Of a DNA stretch of 64,000 bases, positions 53,642 to 64,000 are shown one piece after another (position 1 is the stretch's first letter; the number at the start of each line of letters is the position of its first letter). Source of the DNA: a virus (taxonomy: Duplodnaviria > Caudoviricetes). The stretch covers positions 32,001 through 96,000 of IMG/VR virus record IMGVR_UViG_650627003_000001. One strand, given 5' to 3'. The notes under the pieces are model-generated. The model did not search any database. It saw only the letters and a list, made by a program, of their open reading frames with translations, and was not told the origin of the DNA. The position numbers were made by a program, and so were the translations under genes.

Positions 53642-55383
53642 TGCAAATTTTACCATTCAATGGTAGCTGGTTTACTGGTGTAGTTGAAGATCGACATGAT
53701 CCTCTAAAGCAAGGGCGTGTACGTGTTCGAGTCGCTGGTGTCCACCCATTTAGTCGCATCCAAGGTGATGTCGAAGGTATGCCTATTGAAGATTTACCAT
53801 GGATGTCTGTTGTTTTACCTGTAACTTCAGCTGGTATGAGCGGTAACTCTGGCTCTGTTACTGGTTTAGTTGAAGGTTCTCATGTTTTTGGACAATGGTT
53901 AGACAAGTATAAAATCAATGGTATTGTTCAAGGAACTACCACCGGCAATATGGTCAACACACCAAACTTTGATGAAGGATTTTCTGATCCAAGTGGACAA
54001 TATCCGTCGCGATTAGGGACTGATTCTAGTTCTTTAAGCTTAGGTGGTGATATGGGTGCAGATAATGATGCTAACATTTACCAAGACGAGAATCTTGATG
54101 AAGGTATCAATCCTGGGGCACCAGGACAGTCAAACCCAGACAGTAATCCTAACTATACAATGGAACGGATGTTGAAGAAAGATGAAGGCGTTCGCAATAC
54201 ACTTTATTGGGATCATTTAGGCTTTCCTACTATTGGTATTGGACATCTTATTGTTCCACAAAAGACCAAAAACAGTTCAACAATCAATAACCAATTATCT
54301 AAAGATCTTGGTAGATCAGTTAGTGGAAATAGACCTTCTATCACACATACAGAAATCACTACTTTATTTGAAAAAGATTTAAAGCAAATTCAATCTGAGA
54401 TCAAAAAGAATAGAACAATTGCACCTGTTTATAATAAGTGTAATCGTAGTAGACAAATGGCATTAGAGAATATGGCTTTCCAAATGGGCACAGGAGGATT
54501 GGCTAAATTTAAAACAATGCTTAAATTTATGTTTGCTGAAAACTGGGTTGAAGCTGCAAAATCTGGTAAAGGGTCTAAATGGGCTAGACAAACACCTGGT
54601 CGTGCATCGAGAATTTGTCGTATTATCTTAAACGGCAATCTTACTTCTTATGGAGTGCCTGTATCAACAAAATCAGCTTCAAAAACATTCTTTGTTTCAA
54701 ATGGATTTACTGCTTTTGCTTCAAGCGATGATGACGATGATCTAAGTCAACCTTTTGTTGAAGACAATAATCTACAACTTTTTGCTGAACCGGAGAGCTC
54801 TTATAAAGGCGAATACCCATATGTTCATGCATATCAATCAGAATCTGGATTGGTCCAAGAATTTGATGATACTCCAGGCCAAGAGCGATTTAGAGTAAGA
54901 CATCCAACTGGTTCTTATAATGAATATGCTCCAGATGGCAGAACTACAACTAAGTCTGTTGGCGACTCATATCAGTTGACAAATGGTAACCATAATCTTC
55001 TTGTTCAAGGTGATAATAAAGTAAACATTGGTGGTAACGAAACTGTTTACAATATGGGCTCGTTGAATCAAACTGTTGATGGGGACATTGTTAAAATTGT
55101 CCATGGAAATACCACTGTAACTATAGATGGCGATAACAATGTTTCTATTAAAGGGAGCACGACTATTACTGTTGAAGGTGATGCTAACGTAACAGTCCAA
55201 GGCAATGCTGGTGTCAATGTCCAAGGCAACTACGATTTAACTGTCCAAGGCAATATGAATTGGAATATCACTGGTACAGTTACTCAAAATATTTCTGGCG
55301 CTTGGACTCAATCATGTCCATCATTAACTGTAGATGTTGCTGGTTCTTATTCTGCGACTGCTACAAGATACGACTTTAAATAA
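53641..55383 (+). CDS. 5: baseplate hub and tail lysozyme gp5
   Basis: OB domain GVVEDRHDPL.QGRVRVR, lysozyme DEG..YWD..PTIGIGH, VxGN beta-helix repeats. Confidence 0.97.
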   Translation: MQILPFNGSWFTGVVEDRHDPLKQGRVRVRVAGVHPFSRIQGDVEGMPIEDLPWMSVVLPVTSAGMSGNSGSVTGLVEGSHVFGQWLDKYKINGIVQGTTTGNMVNTPNFDEGFSDPSGQYPSRLGTDSSSLSLGGDMGADNDANIYQDENLDEGINPGAPGQSNPDSNPNYTMERMLKKDEGVRNTLYWDHLGFPTIGIGHLIVPQKTKNSSTINNQLSKDLGRSVSGNRPSITHTEITTLFEKDLKQIQSEIKKNRTIAPVYNKCNRSRQMALENMAFQMGTGGLAKFKTMLKFMFAENWVEAAKSGKGSKWARQTPGRASRICRIILNGNLTSYGVPVSTKSASKTFFVSNGFTAFASSDDDDDLSQPFVEDNNLQLFAEPESSYKGEYPYVHAYQSESGLVQEFDDTPGQERFRVRHPTGSYNEYAPDGRTTTKSVGDSYQLTNGNHNLLVQGDNKVNIGGNETVYNMGSLNQTVDGDIVKIVHGNTTVTIDGDNNVSIKGSTTITVEGDANVTVQGNAGVNVQGNYDLTVQGNMNWNITGTVTQNISGAWTQSCPSLTVDVAGSYSATATRYDFK

Positions 55384-55392
55384 AGGTGAGCA

Positions 55393-55866
55393 ATGGCTAA
55401 TATTTTACCGGTCAACTCAATTTTACCTGATGCACTTGAAGGCGATCAAGTGCATCAGGCTTTTACAGCAGAGTTATCAAGTACTGAAACACTAGATTCA
55501 ATTAGAATTATAAATAACGATTTTCCTAATGGAATAGTAGTTAATGGCGCTAGTTATTCTGGTGTATTTAGAGATGTCTTTAAATTGTCGCCAGGTGCTC
55601 TAAAATATCGTAAAGGCTTTGAATATGGACAAGCTGATTCGTTTAGTGAGTTGCCACCAAAAGGAACAGCAGATTTATATTCCTACGGCGCTCCTAGCGT
55701 CATGAGGGATAACTTTCACTGCACAGTTGAGTTAATCTATACTTCTAGTGACGCAAGCGATCCTGCGGCGACAGGGACCCAATCTACTATAACTAAATCA
55801 TACACACAACCATTGCAAGGCAATTGGTCAACATTTGCTAATCGCTTTAGAGAATATGTGAGGTAA
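55393..55866 (+). CDS. gp5.1-like protein
   Basis: position after 5; GNWS..A..FREYV tail. Confidence 0.75.
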   Translation: MANILPVNSILPDALEGDQVHQAFTAELSSTETLDSIRIINNDFPNGIVVNGASYSGVFRDVFKLSPGALKYRKGFEYGQADSFSELPPKGTADLYSYGAPSVMRDNFHCTVELIYTSSDASDPAATGTQSTITKSYTQPLQGNWSTFANRFREYVR

Positions 55867-55868
55867 CA

Positions 55869-56138
55869 ATGCCATCTGTCTCAGTACACATGTCTAAAAC
55901 AACCGGTCATGGTCCATATGGACCAACTAGCATTATAGCAACACAATCAAAGGTTTTTATCGAAGGTTTAGCTGTGCTTGTGAATGGAGACAAGATTATT
56001 CCACATCCACATGATGGCACAGCAATTGCATCACAATCAAAGATGTTTATTCAAGGTAAACCAGTAATTATAATTGGTGATCAAATCTCTTGTGGAGATA
56101 TGGTTGCCCAAGGAAGCAGCAAGGTATTTCTATCATGA
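55869..56138 (+). CDS. 5.4: PAAR spike-tip protein gp5.4
   Basis: TTGHG, KVFIEG, PH, GDQISCGD..AQGS.KVF. Confidence 0.9.
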   Translation: MPSVSVHMSKTTGHGPYGPTSIIATQSKVFIEGLAVLVNGDKIIPHPHDGTAIASQSKMFIQGKPVIIIGDQISCGDMVAQGSSKVFLS

Positions 56139-58084
56139 CAACTACTCCACTAAACGGACAACTTAAACGTACAGTAAATGCTTTACCAGAAGTGTTTGTT
56201 GGTGCGACTTTCCAAGAAACTAAGACTGATTTAATAAACTGGTTGCGCGGTCAAAAAGAGTTCTTAGATTATGACTTTTCAGGTTCTCGTATTAACGTGC
56301 TTCTTGATTTATTAACATACAACACTTTATATCTTCAACAGTTTTCTAACACCGCAGTTTATGAAAGCTTTATTCGTACAGCAAACTTACGAAGTTCAGT
56401 AGTACAAGCGGCTCAAGATAATTCTTACTTGCCAGCAAGTATGTCAGCAGCTCAAACTACTTTAATGCTTAAAGTGTCACATTCTTTACGTCCAAACAGC
56501 GTAAAAATTCCACGTGGTACAAAATTCTTAGCTTATGCTCGAGATACAAGTGCTGAACCATATCCATTTGTTGTGACCGAAGACGTTGTTGCAGTAAAGG
56601 ATACAAATAATCAATATGTTCCAATTGTTAGATTAGCACAAGGTCGTATTGTTCGTACTGAACAAATTTTTAGTCATACGAGACCATTAATTGTTCGTGA
56701 CGAAAATATCGATCGAAATCAAATTCGAGTATTTGTTGATGGTGCTGAGTGGACAAACTGGACACATCGTTCTATGGTCCATGCTGGTTCAACATCATCG
56801 ATCTACTATATTCGAGAAACTGTTGATAATTTCACAGAAATCTATTTTGGTGAAGGTGAAGCTAGCACTTCTGTTGCTGGCGGTGTTCTTGAAGCAAATT
56901 ACATTGGTGGTCTAAAACCTATTCAAGGTAGTTCTATCGTTATTGAGTATATCCGTACTGATGGCGAAAAGGCTAATGGGTCACGTGATTTCACATACGC
57001 AGATACGTTACAGTACGTTACTGTGGACCAGGTAATTGAGAACTACGATAACAACCCAGATTACGTTGGCGCGATAGGTGGCGGCGATCCTGAAGATATT
57101 GAGCGTATTCGAGAATTAGCAGGTGTTAAACGTGAAGCTCAAATGCGTTGTGTAACTGCTAGCGATTACGATGCATTTGTTTCTGAACGCTTTGGTTCTA
57201 TTGTACAGGCTATCCAAACATTTACTGATTCTCAAAAACCCGGATATGCTTTTATTTCTATTAAACCAAAAACCGGACTTTACTTAACAGCTGTTCAACG
57301 TGAAGACATTCAGAACTACTTAAAAGAATATAATATTTCTACTATTACTCCTTCTGTGATTTCTCCGAATTATTTGTTCATTAAGCATTATATTAAAGTG
57401 ACTTATGCAATTAATAAATTACAGGAATCTGAACAATGGTTGGAGTCTAAAGTTTTAGATCAAATCGATCGATATTATATTGATGATGTTGAGTTGTTTA
57501 ATAAATCATTTGCAAAATCTAAAATGCTTAATTACATCGATAATTCAGATCACTCAATCATTGGTACATCAGCAGAAATCCAATTGGTTCGTGAAGTACA
57601 GAATTTCTTTGTTACACCAGAAGCCGGCATTAAATACAATAACATTGTAGTACCAGGTTCTATTACATCAAATTATTTCCCGTTCCGCCCATCAAATGGA
57701 AACGACCCTTATAATGTAAGCATCATTTCAACTGACGCCGATTCTGAAGGTGATGGAAGTATTTTAATTGGACCATTTATTAAAGGTGATGTTCCTAATA
57801 ATGCAAACATTAAACCTTATACTGGTACTGATTTTAAAGATGAATCAAATGATACTCAAAAAGAGTATTATAAAATTGGTACTGTAAGCTATCCACGTGA
57901 TTTTATTTACTGGAATATTAGCTCTATTAATTTAACTTCTGATATGTTTGATGTGCAACAAATTGAGTTGTACTCAGATCCGACAGAAGACAATATTTTT
58001 ACACGAGATGGCTCTTTAATTGTATTTGAAAATGACTTACGTCCTCAATACACAAAAATTGTCATGGAGGCAATTAATCAATGA
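56135..58084 (+). CDS. 6: baseplate wedge subunit gp6 (start moved to MTTT)
   Basis: DYDFSGS, ESFIRTANLRSSVV, GGGDPEDIERIR, RCVTASDY. Confidence 0.96.
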   Translation: MTTTPLNGQLKRTVNALPEVFVGATFQETKTDLINWLRGQKEFLDYDFSGSRINVLLDLLTYNTLYLQQFSNTAVYESFIRTANLRSSVVQAAQDNSYLPASMSAAQTTLMLKVSHSLRPNSVKIPRGTKFLAYARDTSAEPYPFVVTEDVVAVKDTNNQYVPIVRLAQGRIVRTEQIFSHTRPLIVRDENIDRNQIRVFVDGAEWTNWTHRSMVHAGSTSSIYYIRETVDNFTEIYFGEGEASTSVAGGVLEANYIGGLKPIQGSSIVIEYIRTDGEKANGSRDFTYADTLQYVTVDQVIENYDNNPDYVGAIGGGDPEDIERIRELAGVKREAQMRCVTASDYDAFVSERFGSIVQAIQTFTDSQKPGYAFISIKPKTGLYLTAVQREDIQNYLKEYNISTITPSVISPNYLFIKHYIKVTYAINKLQESEQWLESKVLDQIDRYYIDDVELFNKSFAKSKMLNYIDNSDHSIIGTSAEIQLVREVQNFFVTPEAGIKYNNIVVPGSITSNYFPFRPSNGNDPYNVSIISTDADSEGDGSILIGPFIKGDVPNNANIKPYTGTDFKDESNDTQKEYYKIGTVSYPRDFIYWNISSINLTSDMFDVQQIELYSDPTEDNIFTRDGSLIVFENDLRPQYTKIVMEAINQ

Positions 58085-61000
58085 TCGTAAAGGCACCCTA
58101 TGTAACGAGCTTAGAAATTTCTAAGCTCTCTGCCAATCACGTCGAAATCACTTGGGATGACGTTGGCTCTAACTTTTTCTATTTTGTTGAGATAACCGAG
58201 ACTCGTAATGACATTGGTATTCAATGGGTGAACCTTGGTTATACTGCTGATAGAAAGTACTTTTTCTCTGATTTAGACCCGGACACGTATTACAAAATGC
58301 GTGTCGCTGTTGCAGCAGAAGGTTTTGAACAATCTGATTGGATGGAGACCGAAGAGTTCCAATCATTTACAGAAAATGCTTATACTTTTGAACTTATGAC
58401 AGAGATGTCATTAATTAGTAAGTTCATTAGTGAAAAATTTACAAAGAATAATCAAAGCTACGTTGACTTCAATAAAGATGTAATCATGGCTTCATTGGTA
58501 AACGAAGAGTTCCAATTTAGTCCAAATTATGAACACATTTCTAGTATGTCAAACTTTATTATTAAAGAAAACGAATACCACGAAATCCAAGGAAGCATTG
58601 AAAAAGTTTGTACAGATATTAATCGTGTGTATTTGATGGAATCAAATGACGTTTTGTATTTGTTTGAGCGCTATCAGCCTATTGTAAAGGTATCTAATGA
58701 CAAAGGTCAAACTTGGAAAGCGGTAAAGCTTTTAAACGATCGTGTTGGGTATCCTATTTCGCCTACAGTGTTTAGTCAAACTGCTTCGACTTCATATGTT
58801 CTTGGATATGATCGTATTTTTTATGGTCGTCAAAGTACCGACATAAGATGGTCCGCTGATGACGTTAGATTTAGTTCTCAAGACATCACTTTTGCAAAAA
58901 TCGGTGATCAGCTAAATCTTGGATTTGATGTAGAACTTTTTGGTACTTATGCTCGTTTACCTGGCGATATGTCAACAATCGCTGAATCTATTGTTGCGAC
59001 TGAAGAGTTCATTTATGTTGTAGCAAGAGATAAAGTTCGTTATGTTAAAGTTCGTAATGCTCCAACAGACACCGATCCATTATCGCCAACATTTGGCGAA
59101 AAGGTATTTGAACCGGATTCAATGAATATTACAGGTAATCCAAAAGCAGTTTGCTACAAGTTAGAAACTGTTAATGGTAAAGTTTTTGCCTTAATTACTG
59201 GCGAAGTTAAAGTTGCTGGCCAAGACCCACGCAACACTGCAAATATTGTAGATTCGAATTTAAAGGGTGTATATCGTTTAGAAGATGACAATACTTGGAC
59301 TCGCACTTATGGCAATACCACTGAAGAAAGAAGACGTATTGAACATGGGTATTCTTCAATTTCTTCAAATGGAAATGAAGTATTCTTTTCATCAAGCAAC
59401 TATAGATTAAATCAAGATCAAATGATTGATGATCCAGAGCTAGTCAGCAAATACCCAGATGAAGTTTCATCTGCTGTAAAAGTAGCAATGGACAATAATT
59501 GGGTTCATGATAAGCACTATATGATGATGTCATTCCGTGCAAATGCGAATGATGACTTTAGAGAGTTTAAACCTGGGCGTATGCAATATTATGCAGAACC
59601 ATTTTTCTCGGTTTGTAGAAAATCTAATACTCGGTGTTGGATTAATAACTCTCGAGATGTTGTAGTTGTTTACACTAGTGTAGAGCATACACAAACGATA
59701 GAACCTTATCCAGAAACTAGTCCAAATCGATTTGTTCATGAAGTCTGGGACGGTGGTGAGTGTACAGTTATTTTCCCTAATATTGATTTCAAAAACTTTA
59801 CTCGATATGCATCAGGTGTTATTTTCTATAAAGCATCAGGTGAATTGATTTCTTATTATGAATTTAACTATCGAGTTAAAGATGAAGTTCGTATTGTTTG
59901 GAAGCCAACAAATGTGTTCTTAAAGGCTTATTTGCAACAGCAAACACGTGAAGAACCATGGGTACCTGATGAAAGTGATTGGCGTCGTGATCCGGATTTA
60001 CAACCATTAATCACAACAATGATCCCGGATAGTTATTTGCTTGAAGGGTCTAACTTTGAGAAGTTTAGTCAGTATTATCTTCAGTACATTTCTGACGGAT
60101 ACGGTACTAGTTACAATAATCTTCTAAATCTTATTAGAAACAAATATCCAAGAGAGAAAAATTCTTGGGAATATTTGTGGAGCGAGATTTATAAACGTAA
60201 CATTTATTTGAACCGTGAAAAACGCGATTTAGTTTCTAGATTCTTCCAAACACGTAAAGCTGATTTTTATTCAACTAAAGGTATTGAAGAGAGCTATAAG
60301 TTCTTGTTTAAAGTCCTTTATAATGAAGAAGTCGAAATCGATATTGAATCAAATAGTGGTACTGAATATGACGTTATTATCGAATCTGATTTGATTAATG
60401 ATGATCTTGCAGGTCAAACTATTTACACACCATCTGGACGTTGTAACGTAACTTACGTAGAGCGTCATTATAATGATGGCAAGCTTCAATGGCGTGTGAC
60501 TATTCACAACCTAATTGGACGACTAATGGTTGGTCAAGAGGTTAAAGCTGAACGATCTTCAATGACTGGGACTATTATTCAAGGTGTCCGAGGAAAAGAT
60601 CTTGCATCAAACACAATTGAATATATTAATAGGAATCGTTCTTACTATGTAATGCGTATCAAGTCTACTTTACCAACTTCACGTTATCGTGATGATGTAT
60701 TGAGATTTGTTCATCCGGTTGGTTTTGGTTTTGTTGGTATTACTCTTCTTACAATGTTTATGAACGCTGGATTGAGTATGAAGCATACCGAGACAATTAT
60801 CAATAAGCTTAAGAATTATCGCTGGGATGCTGGGCTTCCATCAGTTTGGCCTGACCGAGTAGCTATTCTTACTGCAAATGATGTAATATCTATGGACCCA
60901 GTTACAGGTGAACCAGTTTATGCTCTACACCCAAATGCAGGACAACCATTTATTATTCCACCTACGTATAATAGTGAAAACAATAACACTATTATATCTG

Positions 61001-61161
61001 GTCAAAATCCAGATCAGCGACGTAGACCAATGAGTCCAACATTTGATCAATCAGCAGTAACATTCGCTTCTTATCGAGCATTAGTCGACCAACGTCTTAA
61101 AGATGATATTGGTCTACCTCGCGATCCAACTGAGCCGACTCAAGTTAAGATAAACGAATAA
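58081..61161 (+). CDS. 7: baseplate wedge initiator gp7
   Basis: KLSANHV.I.WDDVG.NF, TKGIE.SY.FLFK.LYNE, FVHPVGFGF. Confidence 0.96.
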   Translation: MIVKAPYVTSLEISKLSANHVEITWDDVGSNFFYFVEITETRNDIGIQWVNLGYTADRKYFFSDLDPDTYYKMRVAVAAEGFEQSDWMETEEFQSFTENAYTFELMTEMSLISKFISEKFTKNNQSYVDFNKDVIMASLVNEEFQFSPNYEHISSMSNFIIKENEYHEIQGSIEKVCTDINRVYLMESNDVLYLFERYQPIVKVSNDKGQTWKAVKLLNDRVGYPISPTVFSQTASTSYVLGYDRIFYGRQSTDIRWSADDVRFSSQDITFAKIGDQLNLGFDVELFGTYARLPGDMSTIAESIVATEEFIYVVARDKVRYVKVRNAPTDTDPLSPTFGEKVFEPDSMNITGNPKAVCYKLETVNGKVFALITGEVKVAGQDPRNTANIVDSNLKGVYRLEDDNTWTRTYGNTTEERRRIEHGYSSISSNGNEVFFSSSNYRLNQDQMIDDPELVSKYPDEVSSAVKVAMDNNWVHDKHYMMMSFRANANDDFREFKPGRMQYYAEPFFSVCRKSNTRCWINNSRDVVVVYTSVEHTQTIEPYPETSPNRFVHEVWDGGECTVIFPNIDFKNFTRYASGVIFYKASGELISYYEFNYRVKDEVRIVWKPTNVFLKAYLQQQTREEPWVPDESDWRRDPDLQPLITTMIPDSYLLEGSNFEKFSQYYLQYISDGYGTSYNNLLNLIRNKYPREKNSWEYLWSEIYKRNIYLNREKRDLVSRFFQTRKADFYSTKGIEESYKFLFKVLYNEEVEIDIESNSGTEYDVIIESDLINDDLAGQTIYTPSGRCNVTYVERHYNDGKLQWRVTIHNLIGRLMVGQEVKAERSSMTGTIIQGVRGKDLASNTIEYINRNRSYYVMRIKSTLPTSRYRDDVLRFVHPVGFGFVGITLLTMFMNAGLSMKHTETIINKLKNYRWDAGLPSVWPDRVAILTANDVISMDPVTGEPVYALHPNAGQPFIIPPTYNSENNNTIISGQNPDQRRRPMSPTFDQSAVTFASYRALVDQRLKDDIGLPRDPTEPTQVKINE

Positions 61162-61181
61162 ATATTTTAAAGGAGAATTAT

Positions 61182-62186
61182 ATGCTCAGTTCAAGTACTG
61201 TTTATCGTGCAATTATTACATCTAAGTTCAGAACCGAAAAGATGCTGAACTTTTATCGATCAGTCGGTGATGGACCGACTGAGAACTCAATTTATGTTTC
61301 ATTTGGACGTAAAGAATCATGGGCTCCAAATGAAAATGACCCAGGTTTTGCTCCGCCGTACCCTATTGATAACGTTCAAGGTATGATGAGTGTTTGGACT
61401 GATATGCTTGGTGTTGTTAAAGTAAATCAGTCTATGCTAGACGCTGTTATCCCACGAAAAGACTGGGGCGACATTCGTTACACTAATTCTCGAACATTTA
61501 ACATTGGCGAGATTGTTGTAACGAATACAGCACCGTTTAATAGAGCGCCAGGTGCAGCAGGGTGGATGGTTTATCGAGTTGTTGATGTACCAGGTCAAGG
61601 TGTATGTTCTATTGACACTATCACAAACAAGGAAGAATGTACAAAGCTCGGTGGTAAATGGACACCAAATGTAGAGAGCTTTATTGTCCCAAGTGGACGA
61701 GGAGATACAGAAGGTTTAGTTGATACTGGTGATGGATATTTGTGGGAATACTTATATGAGATTCCACCAGATGTGTCTATTAACCGATGTACTAATGAAT
61801 ATATTGTTGTGCCATGGCCAGAAGAGATTAAAGAAGATCCTACTCGTTGGGGGTATCAACATAATTTGACTTGGCAACAAGATGATTATGGGCTGATCTT
61901 TAGAATCCGTGCGGTGTCTATTCGCTTTAAAGCATACTTTGATTCTTTGTACTTTCCAGCCGCGTCTATTCTCGGGAATACTGGGTTTCGACAAATCGCT
62001 TTAATAGTAAATCCATTATTAAAGAAATCTAAACCAACAGATGCAAATAAAAAAGCAACTGCCCAATACTATACTTTGAGTGACCTTGAACGACATTCAG
62101 GTGAGATGCTTTATATTGAGAATCGACCACCAATTACACGTTCTATGGACCAAACAGAGGAAGTCTCGATAATTTTTTCATTTTAG
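61182..62186 (+). CDS. 8: baseplate wedge subunit gp8
   Basis: YRAIITSKFRTEKM, DGYLWEYLYEIPP, SGEMLYIENRPPI. Confidence 0.96.
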   Translation: MLSSSTVYRAIITSKFRTEKMLNFYRSVGDGPTENSIYVSFGRKESWAPNENDPGFAPPYPIDNVQGMMSVWTDMLGVVKVNQSMLDAVIPRKDWGDIRYTNSRTFNIGEIVVTNTAPFNRAPGAAGWMVYRVVDVPGQGVCSIDTITNKEECTKLGGKWTPNVESFIVPSGRGDTEGLVDTGDGYLWEYLYEIPPDVSINRCTNEYIVVPWPEEIKEDPTRWGYQHNLTWQQDDYGLIFRIRAVSIRFKAYFDSLYFPAASILGNTGFRQIALIVNPLLKKSKPTDANKKATAQYYTLSDLERHSGEMLYIENRPPITRSMDQTEEVSIIFSF

Positions 62187-62213
62187 AAGCAATTATTCAC
62201 ATAGGAAAAATAA

Positions 62214-62969
62214 ATGAAGCTTTACCATTTTACTTATAAAACCACGAATATTGTTAATAACAAAATTTATTTTGGGATTCATTCTACGAATAATCTAGAA
62301 GACGGTTATATAGGTTCTGGGCGAGTATTCCGTCTTGCTATAGCTAAATATGGTAAAGCTTCATTTGTCAGAGAAATCCTTGAGTTTTTCGATACACGTG
62401 AAGAGGCTTCACTTGCTGAATCTGTTTTAATCACTGAAGAGCACATAAACAGTCCAGATTGTTATAATGTCAGCTTTGGTGGTGAAAACAGCCTATTTAG
62501 ACATTCTGAAGCGACTAAAGCCAAAATTTCAGAAAAGACCAAAGGTAGTTTAAACCCACGCTTCGGGCATCGATGGTCTTCTGAAGATAAAGAAAAGCTT
62601 GCTGGATTTAAAGGCAAAAAGCATTCCGAGGTAACCAAGGCCAAAATATCTAAACTCCATAAAGGTTCTAAAAAGAGTGAAGAAACTAAAGCTAAAATAT
62701 CCGCATCAAATAAGGGTGTTAGTCGAGGATTAGGTAAAAAGCATTCAGAAGAAACTAAATCTAAAATGTCAAAATCTAAAACAGGTAAGGCCAATTATAG
62801 ATTTGACGATCGGCCGGTTGAAGCGACATGTATAGAAACTGGAAAAAAGATTAAATTTTCTTCTAAGAGCGAAGCTGGAAAGTATTTTAGAGTAAAGTCA
62901 TCAAATATTAGTAAAGCTTGTGACGGGGTGTACTCTAAAAGTGTGAATCACACATGGAGATACATATAA
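62214..62969 (+). CDS. GIY-YIG homing endonuclease with NUMOD3 repeats, inserted between genes 8 and 9
   Basis: FTYKTTN..KIYFGIH, YIGSG; repeated HSE.TK.KIS; C-terminal F.S.SEA..NISKAC. Confidence 0.9.
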   Translation: MKLYHFTYKTTNIVNNKIYFGIHSTNNLEDGYIGSGRVFRLAIAKYGKASFVREILEFFDTREEASLAESVLITEEHINSPDCYNVSFGGENSLFRHSEATKAKISEKTKGSLNPRFGHRWSSEDKEKLAGFKGKKHSEVTKAKISKLHKGSKKSEETKAKISASNKGVSRGLGKKHSEETKSKMSKSKTGKANYRFDDRPVEATCIETGKKIKFSSKSEAGKYFRVKSSNISKACDGVYSKSVNHTWRYI

Positions 62970-62983
62970 TTTTCGAATTCTAA

Positions 62984-63006
62984 AAAGGGAGCCTTGTGCT
63001 CCCTTT
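62984..63006 (+). terminator. terminator-like hairpin
   Basis: AAAGGGAGC-CTTGT-GCTCCCTTT. Confidence 0.7.
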
Positions 63007-63014
63007 GTTCGTTT

Positions 63015-63022
63015 TATAAATA
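63015..63022 (+). promoter_or_regulatory. late promoter for gene 9
   Basis: TATAAATA upstream of SD GAGG. Confidence 0.75.
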
Positions 63023-63044
63023 TCTATAAATTAGCGAGGTTTCT

Positions 63045-63908
63045 ATGGCTTACGAACAAATCCCAAAACAGAAAATTGACATTGGTCAAATCGGTAACCC
63101 ATCAACTGGTGACATTTTATATGACGGCGGCGATAAGCTAAATGGCGATCTCGATGCAATCTATAATATGTTTGGTGACCAACGTTTTTACAATCAAGGC
63201 ATTGATGTAGGTAATCAAACTATCCATGCCACAGGCTACTATCAAAAAGTAGATCAACTAGAATTCCGTACGCCAGTCCCGATGGGAACTATGTATGACG
63301 TTGATGCATCTGCCGGTTCAGTGAACCCAATTTTGTCTAAAGGCAAACGCGGTGAAGGTGTAATTTTTGTAAACTTTAATGGAAGTATTTCTATTAATAG
63401 ACCATTAATTATACAAGCATCAGCTGGTTCTTTTGTCAATTTACCTGGTCCACTTACAGTAACAGCACCATACAGCCGTGTTGAATGCTGGTGTATTTCT
63501 GATGAAAATAATGTCCCAGTATGGAACTACAAAATTACTTCATTATTTGGACAAGAAAACGTTCCGATTAACTTAACAACTTCTTTGACATCTACAGCAA
63601 AAAATATTCCTATTGCACACAGAACCGAGTTTAGTTCGATTAAACTGTTTTTAACTGGTATGACCGCTGATGGGACTAAGATGCGTCAGTCAGAGTTAAA
63701 TATACTTATCGATACAATCAACAATAAAGTATTGAACACGGAACATGCTGTTCTTCAAACAGCCTACACTGAAGGTTCAGACGAATTGTTTACTTTTGAT
63801 TTTGACATTGATGTCGCTGGTGTTGTAAATCTAGTAGCTAAAACTACATATCCAAACGTTAGACTTGCTATTAAGTCAATCGCGACACAAAGAATTGGAG
63901 CAGCATAA
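63045..63908 (+). CDS. 9: baseplate tail-fibre connector gp9
   Basis: IDIGQIGNPSTGDILYDGG.K.N, IHATGYYQK. Confidence 0.95.
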   Translation: MAYEQIPKQKIDIGQIGNPSTGDILYDGGDKLNGDLDAIYNMFGDQRFYNQGIDVGNQTIHATGYYQKVDQLEFRTPVPMGTMYDVDASAGSVNPILSKGKRGEGVIFVNFNGSISINRPLIIQASAGSFVNLPGPLTVTAPYSRVECWCISDENNVPVWNYKITSLFGQENVPINLTTSLTSTAKNIPIAHRTEFSSIKLFLTGMTADGTKMRQSELNILIDTINNKVLNTEHAVLQTAYTEGSDELFTFDFDIDVAGVVNLVAKTTYPNVRLAIKSIATQRIGAA

Positions 63909-64000
63909 TGAAACAGAATTTAGTCATTGGCAACACAGTAGATGACGGTACAGGCGATTACTTAAATAAAGGCGGTAAAAAGATCATTAATAACTTTGAT
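63908..64000 (+). CDS. 10: baseplate wedge subunit gp10, 5' fragment
   Basis: MKQNLVIGNTVDDGTGDYLNKGGKKIINNFD, TAATG coupling to gene 9. Confidence 0.9.
   Translation, partial: MKQNLVIGNTVDDGTGDYLNKGGKKIINNFD

Noticed and set aside
54960-55300. Repeats such as gtccaaggcaa with 24-nt spacing
   Set aside because: They encode the VxGN octapeptide beta-helix of gp5; not a CRISPR array or separate element.
62500-62790. Repeated HSEETKAKIS-type units
   Set aside because: Ordinary NUMOD3 repeats of the homing endonuclease.
1-64000. CRISPR array, rRNA, integrase or transposase
   Set aside because: No regularly spaced repeats or recognisable motifs; the recurring hairpin-promoter elements are dispersed regulatory sites.

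Overview
AT-rich segment of a T4-like (Straboviridae) myophage genome. The split gp43 and the absence of nrdD/nrdG from their usual locus point to an Acinetobacter-type phage (inference). Positions 1-53 kb are almost entirely minus-strand: gp41, gp40, uvsX, a sugar/cytosine DNA-modification cluster, imm, gp43B, about 2.5 kb of inserted ORFs, gp43A, regA, 62, 44, 45, rpbA, 46, 47, 55, a long hypervariable region, rI, vs, vs.1, six tRNAs, 57B/57A, and genes 1, 3, 2 and 4. From 53 kb the plus-strand late baseplate operon follows (53, 5, 5.1, 5.4, 6, 7, 8, 9, start of 10). The modification cluster holds a kinase, a putative transferase, a dCMP-specific thymidylate-synthase homologue, a HAD phosphatase, a nucleotidyltransferase-kinase fusion and a SIS arabinose-5-phosphate isomerase, and no alpha- or beta-glucosyltransferase. 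Five free-standing homing endonuclease genes are present. The best candidate for an undescribed system is at 1.7-3.7 kb: two small early proteins carry three copies of a W-x-x-S-[ST]-x-x-C motif (two exactly at the C-terminus) directly upstream of an uncharacterised nucleotidyltransferase-fold enzyme. Other notable items are an Arr-like ADP-ribosyltransferase ORF missed by the ORF track, a GGQ-less release-factor-domain mini-protein, matching promoter/leader units in front of both polymerase halves, early promoters embedded in hairpins, and structured RNA spacers in the tRNA cluster. All calls come from reading motifs and synteny by eye; no database searches were run.
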